From Lama glama (taxonomy: Eukaryota): a stretch of 64,000 nt of DNA. The stretch lies in assembly GCA_028534125.1 (NCBI GenBank), contig CM052818.1:26848001-26912000 (forward strand), given 5' to 3'. The translations under genes were made by a program, and so were the position numbers. Positions 56,011-64,000 of the stretch are shown piece after piece. The notes under the pieces are model-generated. The model did no database searches, was not told where the DNA came from, and saw only the letters and a list, made by a program, of their open reading frames with translations. Every line of letters begins with the position of its first letter. The stretch's first letter is position 1.

Positions 56011-56436
56011 TAAAATAAGGAAAATTATTTCTATATAGATATAGATATATAAATTTGAGCTTATGTTTAAAAATATTAATAATTGTTAATCTATAAATCC
56101 CTGTAAAATGTTGAAGGTCAAATATATTACAAACTAATGAACTTTGGTTATTTTTTTGGAAAATGACTAAGTTCAAATTAAATTATTGTATATAAAAATC
56201 CCAGGTTACTCTGTAGTTTGACATAAAATGTAAACTAGTGAAATATGTAAAATACTTTTATGTATCCTTTCCTTGGTTTCTTCCTGATTGTTTAAAAGAA
56301 GAAATTTGCCAGTGCTACTGTTTTCAAAGTGAAAATTTAGTCTATTTTTAAATTAGAAATCTTCAAACATTAATGCTATTTCTAAAGCATCATTTTTACT
56401 ATATGTGAGGTTGTTATGCCTTTATTTTTGTTACAG

Positions 56437-56688
56437 ATATGAGTACTGCAACTCCCTTAAGTAGTGGAAAAGATGAAGAATTTGAAAAGAAAGATGAGAT
56501 GGATGATGATACCATGTTTACCACACTAGGAGAAGAAGATAAGTCAAAGCCCTTTGTGGCACCTCGCTGGGCCACTCGAGTATTTGCTGCTGATTGCCTG
56601 TGTCGAATCATCAATTTGTGTGAGAATGCGGACCAGGCTCACTTTGATCTTGCCATGGCACGTTCTGCTAAACTACGAAACCCTACAA
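56437..56688 (+). CDS. HEATR5B: HEATR5B exon 24 ([14 protein letters not shown]...KLRNPT)
   Basis: ttacag| ... A|gtaaat; 252 nt, phase 1/1. Confidence 0.95.
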
Positions 56689-59209
56689 GTAAATTTAAAA
56701 TCAGTGCTTCTTTTCCCCAGAGTATTTTTATAAGTTTGAAATATTTTACTGCTTTGTAACATGCTTTAGACTGTGCCTTTTGTTTATTGTAAGTTTCTTT
56801 GCCTTTTACCTTTGTTTTCCGTCCTCTCTACATATTGTCCATCTTCTGATCCATATTTGGAAGATAAGTTGAAAAAAGTGGTCCAAAGTTATATACCTAT
56901 CTTAAGATATATTTATCTTAATCATTTGCCCAAAGGATAATGACGGCAGTAACTTTGGTTTCCTTGGTACCTTATCCTACTTTTAGCACTTCACTGTAAA
57001 AGAGATGGCAAAAGTTTAAAGTGCATAAAGTGAGTTTTGCAGTCCCCTGCTATGGAGAATGTCAGAATTCATGAATACCATGGCAGATTTCAAACTCTCA
57101 GATTTCAGAAATGTTGTTAGGTATTTTTGGAAAGGTGAAAATTGTTTGTTACTAAAACCCTTTGCTTTTTGATCATTTGTAAGCTTTTATGCCGTATATC
57201 TCCTGAATCAGATATTATAGGGAATTTACAAAGAGATCATCAGGTCCAGTATCTTCACTTACAAGTGAAGAGACCCAGAGAAGCTGAGAGAAGTGGCAGA
57301 GTAACAGACTCTCTTATCTTATATTTTGTTGTCTCTTCATCATCCTGTCATTTTTTAAATATCTGAAGACACATTATATATATCATCAGTATTGAAGTCT
57401 ATACATTAAAAATGCCTTTCAGTTTATTTTATTGTGTATAAGATGCAGTAGAACTCACAAATGGATTAAAAAAACAAACAAATGAAAAGTAAAACAGTAG
57501 TATATACACTATGTATAAAATGTGAATCTGAATATAGAATACTAGCAAAGCATGATATATCATGAACATAGTGTCCCTTTTCATGTCATTATCTATCAGA
57601 TATTTACTGAGTCCTGTTCTTTGCTATACATTGAGGATCCAAAGGAGGAAAAAAAACATAGTCCATGCTTTTGAAGCATTTCTAGTCTAGAAGACAAAGA
57701 GCCAGATTTGTCACTCAAATAATTATATATCCCAATAGTGGAATGGTAAGAATACTTTGGGAGCATAAAAAAGGACTGTTTGTTTCCTGAAGAGCCGGGG
57801 AAGATGTAACAGAGGAAGTCATCTTGAAGCTGGGTTTTAGAGGCAGAAAAATGGTTTTCCAGGTAGAAGAGGCTGCTTATATTTGTTTTCTATTATTGCT
57901 CTAATAAATGACAGCAAACTTAGTGGGTTAAAGTAACAGAAAATTGTTAACTTACAGTTCTGTGGGTCAGAAAGTCCCAGAATGTAATAAACCTCTATCA
58001 GTCCCCTAATTCTCTCCTTATTTCGGAATTTCTGCTCAGTGCCCCTTTAGGAGCTCATTTCCTTAGATTTAGACAAAAGATAGAGGTCTTAATTTCATAA
58101 AGGCTGTTATGTAGAGATTGAGTACAGAAGCAACAAAACTTTCATTCCCGAAACAATTGCCTAGTTTTTCATTCTAGATTGATATAAATTGTAAATTAGG
58201 TGACAGAGCGTATTAGGAGGACTAATGGGTCTTTTTATTTACTTTTGGGTTGGCATAATCTGAATAAGCCCATTTTAATCGAGTTTCTTCCACCTTGGAA
58301 ATTTCCTCCCAAATTCTGGCAAAAGTTTATTATATCATTAGTTTTTATTGATGGTGTGTTTTTGCCTTCCTTAGGTAAGGAAGCATTGGGGGCTTCTAGC
58401 CGAAAGTATTTTTCTCTCCATTTTGCTCCCCTCCCCAAAATAAATAGATCTTCTTTTTTAGAGTTAAAATTCTAAAATTGCTATTCTAGGTAGGCATGTA
58501 AAAGAACTGGAATATGCTAGTAATGTTCACAATAGCAATAACAACAAAACCCTCTTTAAACAGGAATTGATTTGGGATCAGGCTGAGCCACAGAATTACC
58601 ACTGCTTCAAAAAAGACTATGAGAGCCTTGCAGCCTCATGATCTTTTAGAATTCTTAAGCTTGATAAATTCTTAAGATAATTTCTTTTGCTATATCTTTA
58701 ATTTCACCAGTCTTTCCTTTTTCAATATCTAACACTATTAATCTTATTCAGTGTATTTTTCATTTCAGATATCTTTTTATATCTCTAGAAATCCCACTTG
58801 TGGTTTTCTCTCTTATTTAGGTGATGTGTTTATAATTGCTATTTATAATATCTATTAAAAAGTCCCTATCTGCTAATTCTGTTATCTCTTTCATTTCTGG
58901 ACCAACATTTCTGTTCATTGGTTTTTGTTTTCATTTTCCTTGTTATGAGATATATTCTTCTGCTTTTTTTACATCTGTGGTAATTCTCCATTAGATGCCA
59001 GACATTGCAAATTTTATTATGTTAGTGTTGGATTTTGTGATAGTGCTGGATTTTGTTTTGTGATGTAGCTAAATTATTTGGTATCTTTTGAATTTTTTCA
59101 GACTTGCCTTAAGCTTTAATAGGGCTGATCCAGGACAGCCTTTACTCTAAGGCTAACTGGAAAAGACTTCCTTTTTCTACATCTTATCCTTATAAAAGTC
59201 TTTTCCAGA

Positions 59210-59430
59210 GTAGAGGTTGGCAAACTATAGCTTGCTATCCAAATTCAGTCCAATTCACAGTCTGTTTTTGTGAATAGTTTTATTGGAGCACGGCACACCC
59301 ATTTGTGTACATACGGTTTATGTGCATACTGCAAGAGCAGAGTTGAGTAGTTACGGTATAAATTATATGGCCAGCAAATGCAAATATATTTACTTTCTGG
59401 TTTTTTACAAAAGTTTGTCAATCCCTGTTG
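59210..59430 (-). mobile_element. MER58A-like hAT MITE
   Basis: agaggttggcaaactatag...gttttattggagcac...gcagagttgagtagtt...aaaagtttgtcaatccctg. Confidence 0.72.
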
Positions 59431-59536
59431 ACAAAAGGATCACAAGCTTTTTTGGGGAAAGTTGTGGTAATCAGTTATTTTGCTTCCAATGTCATTATAC
59501 ATCCTATAACTTCATCTGTGTTATCACATTGTGTAA

Positions 59537-59956
<420 letters not shown>

Positions 59957-60749
59957 TAAAGGAGCGAAGATTCCCTGGAGAAACGTATTTGGACCTGTAA
60001 CCTATTTATTCACATTAATGCATATATTTACTCCCATAGTCTGTGACATAGTTTGAATCAACTCACAGTTGAAGAAACAATAGTATAAAACTTGTTACTA
60101 TTTTTAAGTCTTGATATAATATTAGTGATAAAACTAGAATAGATGTTCCAGGCTGGCTTTCCAATCTTGTGTTTAGGTATTTAGCTGTGCTGTGTAGAGA
60201 TAAAAGGAACAGCCCAAGAGTGTTGTGGATTTGCTGCCATTATTTTTATATGTCAAGACTTGATAAGCATTTTTAAAAATAAAAAGCAATCACCTGTTGT
60301 GTGCTGAAGGATAAATTAACTTTAATAAGTTAAAGTATTACTGAAAGAATTATATACTTTCAAAAGATTTTTTAATTTTATTCTAAACAGAGATATACTT
60401 GTTTCTCCTGATATTTATACCTTTATTTATATTCAAATGAGGTACAATAGATTTAATCTGAGTAATGGCGGATTATGTGAAAGCAAAAAAAAAATTTACA
60501 TCAGCAAGGAAATAATAAACATTTCTTTTTTACTGTGATTATTCCAAAATCTTGACTCCAGACACATCATACTTCACCTAGTAGCTATGCTAACACATAC
60601 ACAAAATTAAAAAGTGTGAATAATATATAATCGATGTTTTTCCGTCTATCCATCCAGGTAAAGAAATTATACTTCCTAACCCCACTGGCTGTAGAAAACC
60701 TGTCTATAATTATTTATTCCCAAATACTCAAACTATCAGAATGAAGGCA

Positions 60750-61170
60750 TTTTTAAAAAAAAACTTTCTATTTAGAAATAATTTCAAGCTTACAGGAATA
60801 GTACCAAAAAACTATCTTATACCCTTCATTCATATTTACCAATTGAGAATTTTGCCTCATTTGCTTTGGCATTTGCTCTTTTTTCTCTCTCTCTACAACT
60901 CACACACACACACATGCACACTCACTCACTTTTTCTTTCCTAAACAATTTAAATTATCTAAATCATGTATCTTAACCCTTGAACACTTCAGTCTGTATTT
61001 CCAAAGGCAGGAATATTGTCTTACATTACCATAGAATAGTTATCAATTTTATGAAGTTCAGAATTGATACACTACTTTTATGTAATCTATCATATTTCAG
61101 TTTTATCAGTCAACCCAATAATGTCTTCTCTAGTATACTCTCTTTCTCCTTCAGTACAGGATCTAGTACC
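60750..61170 (-). mobile_element. L1MC-like 3' end fragment
   Basis: aaataatttcaagcttacagg...ttttgcctcatttgcttt...cttcagtctgtatttcc...gttttatcagtcaacccaataatgtc. Confidence 0.62.
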
Positions 61171-61984
61171 AGCTTTGCAATAAGATTACTGAAATACTGC
61201 AGTTGATTACTGCAGTATGAATACTGTGATTAATTGTCTTGTGTCTTTAGTCAGAGCAAAGGGCTCTTAATTGATTTCCAGACTGCTGTTGATATGCCTT
61301 AGTGACTGAATCTCTAGTGTAAGGGAAGAAATCTCAAATTAAGAGTTGACTACATCTAATTCCTTATTTAGCTCATACATATTAAATCTAATATATCTAA
61401 GAATCTGTGACCAATACTGGCTTGTTAAAATTAAAACTCATATTCCTTTACTTATTAATATAATAGCAGTACATAAATTAATATTTCTTTATCAACCTTC
61501 TTTTAAAGCCTCTCTTTCTGAGGTAAAATGATCTTTAAGGTCTTTCAGTGACTGTGGATTTTTAGTACTACTCAATTATTTAAAGGAATTGAGTCAGTTC
61601 TATGAGAGTCACCCATGAGGTAAACATTAGAAGTATATTCAAGGATATATAGACAGGAAAAAAAAGGATAGCAGTTTTCTGTTACCTCTGGGAATATGTG
61701 GCTTTGTCAGAAAATCCTATTTACTATTAAACAAAAACAAAGGAAAAAGAAGCAAGATTAATTGCCTATTTGGTAGAGCATTCGTACAGATTTGATAATG
61801 ATAATCTTCTAGAAGTCAGAAGAAAAATGGAATGGTTGAGTTTCTTGTAACTGAAAAGAGATAAGAGATGTGATACAGAAGAAAGGAACAAAGATGTGTT
61901 TTGTGTTTTCATCTCCAAAGACACCAGAGGCGTTATGTTAACTACTTATCTTTTAAAATAAAATGCTTGTATTCATTTTTCTAG

Positions 61985-62053
61985 GTGGGAGCTGCTCTAA
62001 GACCAGCCTTTTCACAAGATACCCCATCAGACATAATAGCAAAAGCTTGCCAG
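61985..62053 (+). CDS. HEATR5B: HEATR5B exon 26 ([23 protein letters not shown]); gene continues beyond the window
   Basis: ttctag| ... CAG|gtgaga; 69 nt, phase 0/0. Confidence 0.95.
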
Positions 62054-64000
62054 GTGAGAAGAAAAATAGTGTTTTCTATAGTGATCTTCTATAAAGTCAT
62101 AGATATCTTACAGTTTCACTTCCAAGAAAGAAGAGAGAAAAATCAAACAGTATTTATTTTTATCTCATAAATACAGCAGTGAGTTTCCTTTTTATTCTGT
62201 GTGAAATGATGAAGTAGTAACTATTAATTTCATCCTTTTTTTTTTTTTTCCCCTGTAGCTGAGGACACAACTCTGGAATTAATAGCTATCCCAGTAGTAA
62301 ACAGAGATGTGAAAGTCATAAGAGGGACTAGAATAAAAGTAAAATCTCAAAATACACAATAATTAAAGAATATAGAGTAACGATAATTAGGTAATAAAAG
62401 ATTTTTTTGACCACAGGTTGTGAAAGATTTTGCAAGTTTCTGTGTATTAAATTATCCTAAAGAGAATTTTACAATATAGAAATTTCATTGCAAAGTTAAT
62501 CCTAGGAAATTATTCTTGTATTATCTTATCTGAAGAGAGTTACAAAAGCACATATGTTCCTACACGTTTAATAAGTTCATCTTTTTCATGCCTCATCCTG
62601 AAAAAGGATTCGTATATTAAACTGTATTCTTGCAGTAAATCTGGTTCTTTATCTGCTTTCCTAAGAATAGAAGAGAAGGAACTCTGCCTTTCCCAGTTTT
62701 CTGGAGTACAGGACTGTAGTCCGTCATTATTGCTTAGAATCCATAATCAAGCTACATGTTGCCTCTGTGCAGAGAATGATCTGCTGTTTGCAGTGATAGG
62801 TTTGAAATTCTGACTTTGCTCTTTGTGGCCGAGTGAGTTCCCTCTTACTCTGTTGTTAGTATTTATTTCTCTGAAGTCTGCTGTCTAATGGTGGCCTTCA
62901 GAGAAATGAACTCCTCCCAACAACAGCAGACCAGAGAGAGAAGAGGGAGCCTTGTTTGAGACAGAGGTCTGTGGATCTCGGTACATACTTTACCATGTTT
63001 GAGTAGGTAAGTCATTTGGATTGGGATACTGGCATATAAACATCAGAAATCACAGTCATGTATAAATAAATGTATCATGATAATGTTTCAGATCATAATA
63101 TTTAAGCAGATAAAACCTCCTACAAAGCTCCTGATCATTAGAAAAGCAAAGGCTATTTGAATTTCATCTTGTGAATGAGTAGTATGGAATTTGCCTTAAA
63201 CTTCTTATTTCTTATGTGGCCCTAGCTGCTTTTTCTGTAAGAGGTTTCTTCGTTACCAGGGGCAGGTTTAATTAAATTTTTGACCTCCTATCCTGTTTCT
63301 GGGAGGAAAGGTGGTTTTGAAACAGGTGGAATATTAGGTTGCAAGTTCCTTTCTTAAGATTATGAAAGGAGTTGGCTTTGGGCAGATCATGAAACATGGC
63401 ATCCCAGCTTGTTTACTAGAATAAACATCATGTTGAACCTGAAAATCAAATAATTCTTAGATAGTATAGGAAAAGTCTCAAATGTCTTCAGTTGAGGATA
63501 ATTAGGGACAGTGGGTTAATAAAAAATCATTTAAAGCAGGTTGGAATCATAAACATAATACATACTTTAAATATTTTATTTCAGCTTAAAATTTATAAAT
63601 GTACATTCATTTATTCACCACTCTTCTGATAAAAGGCTAAAGTGTTTTCTCTGAGTATGATTTTGCTGATTCAGTGTTGCTTTGTTCTTCTTCATAGTCC
63701 ATACCCATAATGTGGTAATTACAGTTTCTAATTTCATGTTCTTAAAGTGGAGAAAGTACTTAGGTTTTTGCAAAGCAAGCTTAGGTCCAAATTCTCAATC
63801 TTGACAGTTTTTCCCAATTTTTAATTATATTTCTACTAAAATTCACAGACATATTTGTCATGTCTTTCAAATATGTTATTTTCCTTAGAAATAAGAACTC
63901 TTAATTTTCACACTCATATTTAATCTCTTTTCACTTTAAATTTCATTGTATGTTCAGTAATGTATTTTCAGTTTTGACTGGCTTTTTTTTTTTGCCATCA

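Overview
Mammalian genomic DNA, not prokaryotic. It is probably camelid, inferred from three Vic-1-like tRNA-derived SINEs. Two genes sit head-to-head on a shared CpG-island promoter (~4.7-5.6 kb). GPATCH11 is on the minus strand, with a first exon and three coding exons, and runs off the left edge. HEATR5B is on the plus strand, with a non-coding exon 1 and 25 coding exons (ATG at 6010, last exon seen ends at 62053), and runs off the right edge. I checked the HEATR5B exons by hand: all introns are GT-AG, all phases match, and the 4104 nt give 1368 uninterrupted codons. Introns contain L1, L2, MIR, MLT1 and MER68-like LTRs, hAT/Tigger MITEs and SINEs; repeat family names come from memory of consensus sequences. 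I see no convincing wholly new biological system. The best leads are regulatory and untested: (i) an out-of-frame upstream ORF starting inside the NRF1 palindrome and overlapping the GPATCH11 start codons; (ii) a ~110-nt hairpin masking the acceptors of a candidate poison exon in HEATR5B intron 26; (iii) a second, frameshifting acceptor 59 nt upstream of exon 16; (iv) a very old non-LTR reverse-transcriptase relic in intron 21.
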